Assembly (NCBI GenBank): GCA_964016885.1
Contig: OZ024744.1
Coordinates: 101,246,001-101,310,000, forward strand
DNA: 64,000 bases
Reading direction: 5' to 3'
DNA from: Eledone cirrhosa
Lineage: Eukaryota
In this document: piece by piece, positions 36,590-50,659 of the stretch
How positions within the stretch are numbered: position 1 is the stretch's first letter
Layout of the letters: each line of letters opens with the position of its first letter
Notes under the pieces: model-generated
What the model was told of the DNA's origin: nothing
What the model saw: only the letters and a program-made list of their open reading frames with translations
Databases searched by the model: none
Position numbers and translations under genes: made by a program

Positions 36590-36790
36590 TCATCTGAGCC
36601 TACATATCCCATTCCACATGTGACATCTGGGCCTGTATATCACATTCCACATGTGGCACCTGAGCCTCCATATCACATTCCATGCGTGGCACGTGAGCCT
36701 GTATATCACATTCCACATGCAGCACCTGAACCTCCATATCCCATTCCACATGCAGCACCTGGGTCTGTGTATCACATTCCACATGTGGTA
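36590..36790. repeat. 39-bp minisatellite (5 copies)
   Basis: Unit ~cacctgagcctgtatatcacattccacatgtgg. Confidence 0.88.
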
Positions 36791-37164
36791 CAGAGGATAT
36801 CTTTGAAACCACAATGAGTGGGTGACTTCCTGGTAATCAACACTAATCAAAACTATGTCAGATATTTCTTTCACTGATCTTTCCTCATCTTCCTTTACAA
36901 AGTCCAACAGTGATGGGGGCAGGTTTTGGTGAACTTGGAAGCTTTTAGTCTGAACTCACACATTGGTGGCAGATGTGTGATGGTCACCTTTGTGGAACCC
37001 GAGACTATTCAGGAATCTGGTCAGGTCTATATAGGAAGACAGCTCCCCACCTTAAATGAGAAAGGCCCTAGAAAATGCAGCCTAAACATCTCAAGTCTCT
37101 TCAAACCTAAATGGGTAACCACACTCAGTGTGACCCCCTCCCCCCCTCTCAATTACCTTACAAT

Positions 37165-39570
37165 AATCAGAACAGACCTTGCGGCTCAAGAACTAGCTAC
37201 ACTGAACATTGTTGTTGCTACCTTGAGTGGGACAAGACTTTTAGGAGAATGAAAAATTGAAAAATTTGGTTCAGGTTACACCAACTTTTGGAAAGGAAAG
37301 GAAGTAGGAGAATGTTATTCTCTTGGAGTTGGTTTAACTGTGAAGACAAGGCTGATGAAGGGCTATCAACTCCCACCAACAGCCCTCAATGAGAGACTCA
37401 TGACTTTCTGTGTCTCACATTCTGGAAACAGCTTCATCACTATCATCCCTGTTTATATAGTTACTCCCAAGTCATAAAGACAAGCTCATCTTGCTTGGTG
37501 ATTTCAATGCCAGAGTCAGAAAGAACATCATGGAAAATCATGGTATCAGAAACAGTCAGTTACTACACAGACTCTGTATAGACCATGAACTTTTAATTAC
37601 CAATACTCAGTTCTGGTTCTATAACTACTTTAAAACTATGTGAATGGACCCCATTCTAAGCATTGACACGTCCTTGACTACATCATCCCTTGTCAATACA
37701 ACAAGAAATATGTCATTATCTCTAAGACAGCAAAAAAGGCTGATGACTGTTGGACTAACCACAGGCTCCTCATCAGCAGACTCAAAACTTATGTTCATTG
37801 TGAACCAGCAGTTCACTTAATCCTTTAGCATTTAAACCAGCTGTCTCTAGCCAGAATTCTCACCTCTCTCAGTATGAGTGGCTGTAACCGGCCACTCATA
37901 CTGATGTTAAAGTATTGTTCTCAAAATAAATATCATGAAAATACAATAGTAAATGTAGAGTAATGTAAATGGTAAAGGGTTAAAATGTCAGCCAAGAAGA
38001 AAGTTCAACACATGGAAACTTAAAGACCAAGCTAAAGGATTCTAAGAATACATCAAAGACAAGCTGTCAAACAACCCAATGAAGACTGATCAACAATCCA
38101 AAACATTGTCTGAGAAGCAGTTGAGAACACCATTGTCTCCAAGAAAAGAAATAACAAGGATTGGTTCAATGAAAACAATGAAGAAACTGCAGAACTGATC
38201 AATGCTAAAAGAGGTGCCTACCTGTCCCTTGAATCAAACATGAAGAAAAAACACTTTAAAGACCTCGTGCTGATATGTCAAACTTGGATTAGAGAGATTC
38301 AAAACAACTGGTGGATAGGTAAGGCTATACAGCTTCAACAATATGTAGCTGTCAGGAACTTAAGAAATGCCTGTCTGTACCAAAGAACTTTGTCTTAACC
38401 CAAGCTTCAACAAGTATTTTGATAACTGTTGACAATGCTAACATTCTAACAAACATCCAAAGCATCCCAAACTGATGGAAGGAACATTTCAGTACTCTCT
38501 TAAATAGGAACTCAACTACAACAGAACATTTTCTTGGAACAGTGCCTCAACATCCTCCTTCAACCATGGATGTCATCTTTTGTCTCTATCTTTTTGTGAA
38601 TTCAGTAATGCCATCAAAAATATGAAACCTAGGGAATCACATGATTCAGACATCTTTTTGGAGCTCATACAAAAAGGTGGTCATTATCATCATCATCATC
38701 ATCGTTTAATGTCAATCTTATACGCTAGCATGGGTTAGACGGTTTTGTTCCATTTGATGCGGGAATGGTCGGGAGACCGTGTCTCTGGCAGATTTTTACA
38801 GCTGGATGTCCTTCATAACACCAACCAGTGTGGCCTGGAAGCCTTTTTACCATGTCTCCTACATAACCACCTTACAAAGTGGACTGTTGTGTCATCGACA
38901 CAGTGGATGGAATGAAAATAGAATGGGGTAGGCTATACCTCATTTTGAAAATGTGGGTAACCCAAATAGTACCTGCAGATCTTAAGAATGCTGTTCTTAT
39001 TGCTAGTCTTTAAGAAGGGAGTTTGCAGCATCTGTGGAAACTACTGTGACATATCCCTATTCTTTATCCTAGGGAAAATCTTTGCCAGAATACTGCTCAC
39101 CCATTTCCTAGTCATCTTGGAGAATGTGTTGCCAGAATCTAGGTGTGAGTTATTGAACTTCCAGAGGATCATGATTTTCTGTGCAAAACAGTTGCATGAA
39201 AAATGCAGAAAACAACAGAAATCTCTTTTGCTTGTTTTCTCAACAATGAGCTCAAGAAAGCTTTTAACATTGTACCATGTGCAGCTATGTTATGGTGCTA
39301 AAATGATTTGGTTACCCTTATCGTTTTGTAAGAAACTCATCTGAGCACTCCATGACAGCATGGTAAGGAAGGTGACATGTCAGGAGACTTTCCAATCACC
39401 AATGGCCTAAAACAAAGATGTCTAGTTGCTCCATCCTTGATCTCCCTATACCTTGCAGCCATGCTTCACGAAAGTCTACCTACCAGCCCTGGTAGAGGGA
39501 ACTTGTATCACTTCAATGATGGACTGTACAATCTGTCCAGACTCCGATCACAAAGACTGACCAACAGGAC
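37165..39570 (+). mobile_element. Old RTE/BovB-like LINE of a different lineage, with nested MITE (37821-37979) and RTE tail (~38684-38900)
   Basis: RTDLAAQEL...LSGTRL, GSGY..FWKG, NERLM, LGDFNARV, ILGKIFARIL, LPESRC, GLKQRCLVAPSL; many stops. Confidence 0.78.
37821..37979 (-). mobile_element. piggyBac-type MITE (internally deleted)
   Basis: TTAA on both sides (37817-37820, 37980-37983). Confidence 0.8.
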
Positions 39571-40089
39571 TCAAAATGTGGTTGACGTTAGGAAGGGCAT
39601 CCAGCCATAGTCAGCAAGCCAGAATCAGTTCTGTTTGAGCAAGGCACTGTCATCTGATCTGACTTGTCTCACAACCCATTCTAATACAGAAAATTGGATG
39701 TGAAATGATGATTTTATATACACATATAGCTTGAAAGTGACACACAGCTCCTGTGGGAGCCTCTGCAAAAGAGGAAGACCGAGGTTAACATATGTTGATG
39801 CCTTAAGGACAGACACTGGTCTGTTGGAGACGCAGGACATGGCAGCAATTATGAGGGACAGAACTCGTCCATGGATCTCAGGAATTTTACCCGCCCTAGA
39901 TGATATATGCATACATATATACATCATCATTACAACTGGTTTACTCCTGTTTTTCTAGTAGAGCATCTCTCCATTCATTTGTCATCTCTGCCTAGGTTTT
40001 CCTTGGTCTCCCTCTATCACAGTTCCCTTCCACTAGGTACTTCTTCACCCAATGATCATCATCCATATTCATATGTCCATACCATTATG

Positions 40090-41950
40090 ATGGTGGTGGA
40101 CATAAAGGCTAAGAGACAGGCCTAGTTAGACTAGAAACCTGGTAGAAATAGAGACATATAACATAGAAGACAACCTGCTAAGGCTAGTGACCAGATATGA
40201 GGCTGTAGCAAGGTCCCAGCAAGATAGGTGAAATGGAAGTAGCATAGTAGCTATAAAGGCCATGAGACAGGCCTAGTTAAACTAGAAACCTCGTGGAAAT
40301 AAAGAGATGTATAAGGCAGCTAGAAGAGAAGCCAAGCATCAGGTTTACTTAGCTAGAAATGAACTAAATATGTTCTGTAATGTGAAGATCAGAGGTGTAT
40401 GGGACTTCAAATTACAAAGCAGTGTACTAGGTAGGGGAAATCAAGATATCATTGGACAGAAGTAAATGATGTCAGTGTACTTGTCCTCAATGTTGAAATG
40501 AAAGAAGCATGGAAGTGTCATTGTTAAATAATAATATAAGAGAGAAAAAGCCTACCACAAGTAAAACAAATGGAGAGACTAGTCATTTGAGTTGTGATAG
40601 CAGTATGGTTGATAAAGTGATTAAGAATATGAAAGCAAAAAAGCAGTTGGACCATCATGAATTGTTAGTGAGATACTGAAAATATCTGATTTGGTAGGCC
40701 ATTTGCACAGTAAATTACATGGTGGTGTCATACCCAATGACTGACATAGCAGCAACATTGTCAACTGCTATAACAGCAAAGGAGTTGTGCAGGAGAGAAT
40801 TAACTATAAAGGAATCAAGTTGATGGACCAGGTCGTCAAAGTTGCTGAAAGGGTTATAACACAACTAATTAGGAGCAGAATAAAGTTAGATGAGGTGCAG
40901 TTTGAATTTATGTCAGGTAGGGATACTACCGATGCCCTCTTTCTGGTGGGACAGCTATAGGAGAGGTATTAGATAAGAGTAAGCCACTGCATCTAGTATT
41001 TGTAGATCTGGGAAAAAAGCATTTGGTAGGGCCTCTTCTGGTGGACTTACTAGTAAATGGCATGTATGTGGATGCAGTCAGTATTGTAGGGTTAACTGAG
41101 TTCAGTGAAGGATTTAATATACAGATGAGTCCCCCAGGGCCTAGTCCTCATAGTTTTTATGGCCATGACAGAGGAATTTAAGACTGGCTCCTCCTGGGAT
41201 CTCATGTATGTATATGACCTCGTTCTTATAACTGAATCCATAGTAGAGCTGGAAAAGAAATTGAATGACTTCAAAATAAACCAAGCAATTACTAAAACCT
41301 TAGAAAGTAGGACAGAAAAGAAGCCGTGAAAAATTCTGTACTGAGTATCTAATATAAATTATGGACACACAAGAAGTGCAATGGAACTTCAGACAGGTTA
41401 ATGAAGAATGTACACTTCACATACAGCAGATGCTAAGGAAAAGCAGAAAAAAGTATTTTAAATGCTTGGGAGGCTCCTTAAAAGTAGTAAAGAGCTTCTG
41501 CTATCTGGGAGACATAATTAACAGTGAGTGGGGAGGTGGGTTGTCAATGTACAACAGCTAGAGTAAGAACTGGTTGGAAGAAGTTTAAAGAGCTTAAGAT
41601 GGTTCAAAGGGGTTCTCTCTTGGAATGAAGGATAGATTGTACAAAGTGCATTGCTGCTGTGAATGCAGAGGGTTTGTAGAGACTAGAAAGAAGTGAAGTG
41701 ATCACACTCTGGTAGATGTGTAATGTTAGTGTACATGAACAATGGCGCACAAAGAGGAATAAGGTGTAGTGTGCATGAGAGAAGACTGCACTGGTACAGA
41801 CATGTGATGTGTAAGGAGGATGGCAACATAGAGAAATGCATTCAAATTGGATAGGGGAAGGTCAAGGAAAACATAGAACAAAGTGGTGAAGATTGACCCC
41901 AAGAAACTAAACCTCACAACAGATGGGAAAGGACTGTGATGAGCAGCAAA
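40090..41950 (+). mobile_element. Old decayed copy of the PHD-type RTE family
   Basis: Recognisable NYKGIKLMDQV, LDEVQF, GTTDALFLV, EEFKTG, KLWTHKKC, SFCYLGD, RTGWKKF remnants. Confidence 0.78.
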
Positions 41951-42589
41951 CAGTGCAATGAACCCTGAGATAGTGTAAGTCAGGGGCTGAGAGGTACATT
42001 TACAGTGAATCTCCAGCTCAATTTGCCCCTTCTAAGTCCTCACCTCCTTCACTACACCAGATTATCATGGATCTATTTGGCAATCTTCACCCTCCTTCAC
42101 TGCACCATACTATCACCTGAAGATAACACTAGATATACCTGACATACTCCACCCTCATAAGCCTCACTTTATCAAGAATGTCCTTTATCTTGTCCATATC
42201 CACCCTCATCACTGACCTAACCAATCTAATCTCTCCTCTGATGGCATCAGATCCTATTGCTCGCCATCACTCTCTCTCCCCTCAAATTCTCATTCATATA
42301 TATCACTTTTTCACCATAGCTTCTCTCCCTTTCTCCATTCTTGACTCCTCTCACCCAGGTCCATCTATCTTTCATCCATCCCCTGGGGTCACGTTGCCTG
42401 GATTGTTCAGAGACAAGGCAAACATACAAATGCTTGTGCCAGAATAAGATGCACCCAGTACACTTTGTAAGGTGGTTGGCATCCAGCTGAAGAAACCATC
42501 CCAAATGTAGAACATACAAAGTCCTCCAGCCCATCTAGTTCCAAACCATAATCTACACAGAAAGCAGATGTAATAAATATATATATAAA

Positions 42590-42922
42590 GACACCCTTCA
42601 GTCATGAACTATGGGATTTGCACCTAGAAACTTCCTCTCTGAAGCACAAGTCTGGCCAAGGAGTGTTTGTGAAAAACCAGTAGTCACCCATGCATACCAG
42701 TCTTCCCTCTCCACACCACCGATGTTGTCTAAGGAAAAGACAAATGCCGATACAGCTTGGCAGTGATGCCGCAACACATTTCTTCACAGCTGAGTGAACT
42801 GGTACAATGTTAAATAAAGTGTCTTTCTCAAGAACACAATGCAAAGCCCATTCCGATAATCAAATCCACAAGCTCGCAATTGTAAGCCTGGCGCTCTAAC
42901 CACGAAGCCATGCCCCTTCACA
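42590..42922 (-). mobile_element. Full-length tRNA-derived SINE (family B head, different 3' body)
   Basis: Minus strand gcatggcttcgtggttagagcg...gtgttcttgagaaagacacttt...cactcagctg; TA-repeat flanks. Confidence 0.75.
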
Positions 42923-44018
42923 TATATATATATACATACAAGAAACTAATGGAATGATACTGTACTGGAAAGGACTTGTATAACCAATGCATCAGTAATT
43001 TAATGCCATTGTCCCTGCTAAAACAAGGGTTAACCTTGTGGGCCACTGGACAAGTTTATTTTTTCTCTCATCTTCATGCCCTTTTACCAACCCAGACTTT
43101 TGTTTCTGCTTCCATCACCTTTAGCCATGTCTTTCTTGGTTCACTCCTCATCCTTCAACCACTCCATTCCATTTCTTTTATATTTATCACCATCTCTATT
43201 TCTATCACTTCTCTCACCCAGTCATTTTCTTCCTTCAACACATGACCCAACCATCTCATTCAACACTGGCTCAACTCCTCTTGCCTCACCTAGTCACTCC
43301 ACTAGACTACTTATTTCTTATCTTTCCAACCTTCTGTTGCTCCATGTTTCACTCCCATAAAACATGACACTTCTCACACAAACATCTTTCCCCTTCAGTT
43401 TCAGCAACATTCTCCTTCTCAGTTGTTGAAACCTTTTGACTGACATTTCACTAGATACTGTCACAAAGTCTGAGTCACCTTCTCCATTCAATATGTCTCC
43501 CAGCAAAACGTTTTCACTACTTTCACCTCTACACTATTTCCAAGCTGCCAGATTATTTAACAATCCCATTACGCAGTTGATTCATCGCCCCCATGCAGGT
43601 CTAGAAAAATGGACCTCAAATGCAATGATAATCGTACAGCAGCATTATACTCAGTACCATATAGTTGTAAAACAAAAACTTCTTAACCACACTGCCATTG
43701 TTATTTTTTGGATAAAACATAATTAAAATTTTACATCTCAAGATGAACTGAAGGAAGTTATCAATCATTAACTATTGTATGGAAAGATAAAAACAAGTGT
43801 TTGTTGATCAAGATTTAAAAAGAAAAAAAAATCAATGGTAACTTAATATAGTGAACTCTTCATGAAGAGAACTGTGATAAAATTTCTTATTTACTCAGAA
43901 AATTAAAACCTTTTGAGATAGCATTTGTATAAAAGATGCTCTGCAGTGTAGTAATAATCTTGTCGAATCCCTAATTTTTTTGTTCTTCTCTGACTTAACA
44001 CCACAAGAAATTACTTAA

Positions 44019-44183
44019 CCCTTTAGCATTTAAACTGGCCAGAATTATTTCACCTCTTTCTCTTCAAACCAGCTGCTCATACTGATGTTAAGGTATTGTT
44101 CTCAAAATCTCATAGATTCAATATTATGTGAAATAAAGCATTTACCACAAAAATATATATAGAGTAATGTAAATGCTAAAGGG
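44019..44183 (-). mobile_element. piggyBac-type MITE
   Basis: ttaa|ccctttagcattt...aaatgctaaaggg. Confidence 0.78.
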
Positions 44184-44621
44184 ATAAAGTAATTAAATCT
44201 ACATGACACTGATTAGATGGTAGTCTGTATAATTACCTTTCTATTCTGTACCAGTGGTAGTCATTTCATTCACTCTCTCCATATATACCACCGTCATCAT
44301 TTAATGCGATACCCCTGCTAGCATGAGTTACACAATATCAATAGTTAAAATGTCTTTCTCCAAGAAGCCATTAAATTCTTAATGTTGATACAAAAATATT
44401 AAATATTTAGTGAAGACAATTGTCTGGCTACTTCAAACGACTTACCACAATATGTGAAATATTATATAAGTTCATTCCAACAAATATTTAGTAACATTTA
44501 GTGCAGATGAAGACTCAAAAGACATAAGATACTCAAATTTGATTCTTTCATGTCTTGTCCCACTCTTTAAATGTGGATTCATTTTATAAAAATTGTAACT
44601 TCTACTAAATTCAAAAAATAT

Positions 44622-44730
44622 AATTGTTTCTACTTTTGGCACAAGGCCAGCAATTACTCAGTACATTACTGGTACTTTATTTTATCGACCCCGTAGGGAT
44701 GAAAGGCAAAGTTAACCTCGACGGGATTTA
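44622..44730 (-). mobile_element. SINE family A, 3' half
   Basis: Reverse complement of 20690-20797. Confidence 0.75.
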
Positions 44731-44749
44731 AAAAAAAAATATATAATAC

Positions 44750-47109
44750 CATACGCGTATTCATTTTAAATCCTAGTCAAACTTGTTAAATACACATTTT
44801 GAAGATTAATATTTGTTATTCACATCATTCATATTTCAGACAATTAATTCCCTTTATATACACTTGTATATATTAACTTAAATCAAATTGAATACTTTTA
44901 TGTAAATAATATCAAAGTATCTAAAATGCATGTAGTATAGCCTTTGTTTAACCTATATTCACTCTGCACTTGTAAAGAAATACATGATTAAAAGAAAATG
45001 ACATGAGAGCACCAGAAAAGTAATATATCTAACAATCTGGCTAATTATCTTAAGAGAAAATATCATCCCTACCAGTAACCAAAACCTATTGATTGCAACA
45101 ATACTATTGGTGAAGCTTTTTACTATTAAGTGCTTAAGCACTAATGTAAACAATGATTCATTTGCACTTGAATTTTTATTTGGTTATTAAATTTATTAGT
45201 TCGGATTGCAAATAATATCAGTCTGCCACCAACTTCAACACTGCCAAAGTATGGGGTGCACAAACATCTGAAACAAGAATTTTTCTAAATTTTTTTTTTA
45301 CGAAGGAAAAATAAAACAAATATATGGCATTTGTTAAACATCCTATGTCCTTCACATTTATACAATCAAAGGATTTTCATTAAACTCTTCTAGGCTCATG
45401 GATTAAATACAAAAGCACACACATACATTCGGCATTTAAGCAGCAACCTGAAATATACATGTGAGTGTGTGTATGTGTGAGTGTAAGATAGAAATAGAGA
45501 GAGAGGGTGGGGAACTGAAACTTTAAAACCTATTTACGCAAAGATATTAACAACTACCTAGTAAAAGTATATTTTCTGGTCCAATTGGAAAAAAAGAAAA
45601 AGAAAACAAAAAAAAAAAAAACACTTAAGTTTAAAATATCATTTTAGATAAATAATTGAAGCCCAAATCTAAGTGAAACAATGTAAGAAATTCTATTTGT
45701 TTAACTGATCAAAAATACACTATACTACAATTTCTGAAGGACTCCATTAAAAATGCACTTGAGTATTATTGAACACATATTCAAATGTACAATGTTGTCT
45801 TCTTTCACCCAAATAAAAATTTGACAAATGTCATATTTTTACTGAACTTTAATGCTCTGAAGTGCTTTCATACCTGTGAAGCACTTTTTTCCTATAATCT
45901 GTGGAGAGTGGGGACTAGTCTGATATAAAAATAAACTTATATACATCAGTTTTGTTTTTATTTATGTATCAATCTAGTTAAGTCATTTCAGCATATTCAT
46001 TAAATTTTCAGAAAATGTTCTCCATAAACCACAGGGTTTTTAAGAAATCAAGAGCCTTGATTTTGGAGAATTGAAATATTAAAGGTTCAAATGAAGAAGA
46101 ATGAAGAGCATTATATCAAATTAAGCTAAATAGAAACTTGAGGAAAGTTCAAAATCTTTATGGATGCATGTTTACTTCAAACACACAGAATAATCCTTAA
46201 CAAATACTATGGTACTTTAAATAACAATAAAAATGCAAATCAGTATGAAGCAGGGAAAAAAAAAAAGAAATCTTTAACATATTTATTAATAATTTATTCA
46301 GTAAGGGAATGGTGACCAATGCAGCAAGATTGGTAAAAATAAAACATTCCTTCAGTCATTCATGTTTTGTTTCCATTTCAGCAAATGAGAATGGCACTTA
46401 AGTTGTCTTCAATGGTTCAGCCAGCACCCTATCTCACATTTATTCAGAGGGCCCTTTCCATAACAGCTCAAATGCATGTATCAATAATCTGGCCCAAATT
46501 ACTGAATTATTGACATACCACTTACTAGAATATAGGACAAATTTTGGGGGGATGGGTGGGTGTAAGTATGTTTTAAATGCAAGTGGGAAATAGAACCCAC
46601 CTACATGTAGATGTATACACCATGTATACATAAAATTGAATAAATAAACTCAAAAATCTTAAATTTCATTTTTCGTCGAATGAAAATATCAATTTTTTTT
46701 CATTCAACCATCACCAGCTAAGTGGAAGTGTTATCTAATTAGCAATAAATACTATTTGATAAGTATTTTAAATACATTTTATTAATTTTTAGGATTTTTA
46801 TTTTTAAAAATATAAATTTTTTTTTTTTTTTTTTTTTTTTTAAATAGTGAGATTGCTAGGATGTTTGCCAAATTTTGAATTCAACAGAAGCAACAGCATG
46901 ACAAGAAAAATTGAATGAAAATATTTCTCTAGCTATGGCATCATCTGTACTGAATAGTTATAGTTGTCTTTCATCAATGCACTTTGCAACAAATCTTCAA
47001 AAACATACTGAATGATCCAAGCAATTCTCTGTATAGGTGTAATGGATTCAAGCATTACACACACACACACACACATACACAATATACATATATATATATA
47101 TTGAGTATA

Positions 47110-47168
<59 letters not shown>

Positions 47169-49845
47169 CACACATGCATGCTTTAAATAAAAACTTGTTA
47201 AAATAAGGAGAAAATGCAATTTTCGGGAGAAAGGTCCATTAAAAGTTGCAACATGATGCAAACATAATGCCAACTTGAAACAGATTTGCAGAGTTAATGC
47301 ATTAACTTCCTTTGATGGCTTATGACATCCAAATAAAAGATTTATATTTTGATGAGCAAAATAAAATTTAAAAAAATCAGTATACCAAAAACTGGATCTC
47401 AATTGATACGATTTCATCAACATGAATATATTATTTTCCTTGAAGACAACACTGTATAATACTATTCTTAGAATTATGATTGAATAGAGTCCAGAATATC
47501 AAAATTTCTTATCCTATGCTTAACAATTATAATCCAGATTTGGGCTATTAAAAATCTCTTGAAGAAACTGTCAAGCAACATAAAATTCAAATATATATAT
47601 TTAACAAAAAACATTTCCTAAAATAATGGGTTTGAAATTTGTAGTTAAGTTTAGTTAGAAATATTCAGTTACAAATAGATGCCTGTGCTAAGAGCAGAAT
47701 TATTTAAAAAGAGAAATTTGAATAAAGTATTCTAATAAATTTTAATTAAAAGATATATATATATATATACAACACACATAACTAGATATTTGAAAGAGTG
47801 CAACATTTAATAAACCACAAAGCCTCTTAGATATCAAATACACATTCATAATTCTCTTTCTATCTCCCACTCACACAGAGGTTCTTCAGTTAGGTTTTAG
47901 CACTTATATCTTAAATACCTTGCATATAGTGTGGTTACATACAAATTATTATTACAGAGTAGATCTGGACAAAATAAAAGAATTAAAAAATGCTAAAAGC
48001 TGATAAAGAAAATCACTGAAAAATTCCAAAGACTAATGCTTATTAAGCTGGTACAAATACTTAAAATAAATATGGGACAATAAATAAGGATTGTTGACAA
48101 TCAGAATGACATTTCAAACTATTTATCAACAAATAGTTTAATCTGACTTCTTTCTTTTAATAGTAAAGCAATTTTTATCAAATCAGCTTTTCCTCTTCTG
48201 TATGTGTATGTGTGCGCGTGTATTTTACACTTGAATAATAATTCTTCCATAATCTTAGAAAATCAATAACTCTTAATCTTTAAAATGGATTCTTACCCTC
48301 ATTGAAAAGACACTAATTCTTGCTTCATGGAATTCGTTTGGCAGTGTCCACAGAATTTTCTTTTTCACCCCTCCCCGCATTTTCCCCCCCAACATACTAA
48401 AATAAATGCTCACTTCAAACTGCATGATGCTTAGGTTTCATATAAATGAAATCATAGTGCACATAGTTATACAAACACAATTGTGATTTGCAAATATTTT
48501 ATCAAACTGTTTTTCGAAAGCCATTTTTTGTGTGAAATGTCTATAGTACAACAGGAGCGTATTTTAAAAGTTATCAACAATTATCTTACAAATAGAGTTT
48601 TGAATGAGGACTCTGAAATAAGATTCAATAAATTTTCAGAGTTTAGAATGCAAGAAAAACTTGCTTCTAATACTTTCTGGCAAAACAGCACAAAACATAC
48701 AAGGACACATCTACATGAACAATAACAGTATCAGTTATTTAATTTATAAAGACTTCAACAAAATTGCTGTTACAGAAAGCATGGCAGCTATGCCATGATA
48801 GCTTAATTCTCTAGAATGGGTAAAAGTGCAGCAGTCAAGCTTATCAAGTCTGTATTTGACTGGACTTGACCACAATGTGAGCTTTCTAAGGGAAGGAAAA
48901 AAAATTAATATAATTTTCTTTTTTAATTTTCATGGTTTTTTTTCTTTTTTGGTTTTGGTAATGTATGTTATCTGTCTAGTATGGACAATTATGTAAGTCT
49001 GTAAAATAACACATAAATGCAATTAAAAATGGATTCAATAATTGTTCAAACTGATAGAAATTTTACCAGCACAAAAGGTAATGATTAGTCTTATGCCTTT
49101 TCTAATATTTAAATTTGAGGTGGGTTTAATGAGCATATCTATTTTACAAATGAGCAATGGTGATCACTTCTTTAAAGGTAGCTTTTCATTGATATGTTAA
49201 CTGCAACAATAATGTTGAAGCACAGTGAATCAACATAGAAACAGGGCATCAAGCAATCTTGTTCTGTCGTCAGTTCACTCCTATTTCACATAGAACTCAC
49301 TTTTAACACAAGCCTTTGAAATAGGAAAGGTGCACACATTTAAAAAGATATTAGCATACCATTAAGTAAAAATGTGTGTCTGTACAACAATTCACTCTGT
49401 GAATTGGATTCAAATAAAAATCTTCTGTGGAAATAACAATTATAGATCATTAGGTTTATGCACACTGATTTGATTAACCGTTTCTTGAAATGAGTGTTGA
49501 ATCCTAAAACAGTAACACCTAAACAAAGGATATGGTTCAACTATCTACCAGAGGAAGAACTAGGCACATTTGCAATGCAAAGGATGACAGACTTTCCATG
49601 AACTACCTATACAAATTATTGTGTACAGTTTATAATTAGATAAATTCTTGTCCATTGGTAATGTGACAGAAGTTAATTCAATTTCTACCTACAATTTTTA
49701 TGTATAAAATAAACATCTCTTCCTCTGAAAAATTTTCACTTTTGTTCTGGAAAAACAGACAAAATATAACGTCAATGACCATTCTCTATAATAGGTTTTG
49801 TACAGATCACTTGGTTTGCCCCCTTTACTTCGTTTTCAGTCTTCA
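44750..49845 (-). other. Candidate long CBP/p300 3'UTR (true end unknown)
   Basis: Directly downstream of the stop codon; unique AT-rich sequence without recognisable TEs; minus-strand AATAAA near 46283-46298, 45957 and 45175-45197. Confidence 0.4.
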
Positions 49846-50554
49846 CTACACTTTTTCAACCAATTTTAAAGAGTCTTGTTGATTTATTGAAGCAACTTCA
49901 GAGTCTTGTCCATGTGATAAATCTGAAGAACTAGGGCTTTTTAATTGTGAAACACCATGAGTTTGTAATTGTGGAAGCATGACCTGATCTGAATGAATTT
50001 GATTAGGATCTGGTGTAGTGGCTTGTCCAGCCACCACTGAATGTGGTGAATGAGTTGTAGGAGGTATATGATGTGATTGTTGAGGCTGTCTAGGTGAAGG
50101 AATGGGTTGCTGCCGTGGAGATGGGGTAGGTTGTGGTGAACGGACAGTTTGTGGTAATGTGGAAGTTGGAGGTGAACGAACTTGTTGTATAATTTGTTGT
50201 GTAGAAGGAGCAGTCTGTTGAGCAAGCATCTGTTGTGGACTAACAGGCTGTCCACCAGATAGATGCTGTTTTATTTGTTGTTGATGCTGTTGAACCTGCT
50301 GCATCATTTGCTGTTGTTGGAACTGCTGAGCCATGTGCTGGGAACCATCTCCTTGAACTCCTTGCTGAGGAAAATTCATTCTTGTTCGTTGTGTAAACTG
50401 GGGCTGTGGTTGTGGCTGTTGAAATGGAGTTATTTGTTGTGGCTGATGTTGTCTAGGTAAAACTGGATTCATTTTAGAATACCATATTTGTTGCTGCTGC
50501 GGTGGAATTTGTTGCCCTCCTGGTTGTTGGAGACTTTGCATATTAGGCATCTGC

Positions 50555-50622
<68 letters not shown>

Positions 50623-50628
50623 TTGCTG

Positions 50629-50659
<31 letters not shown>

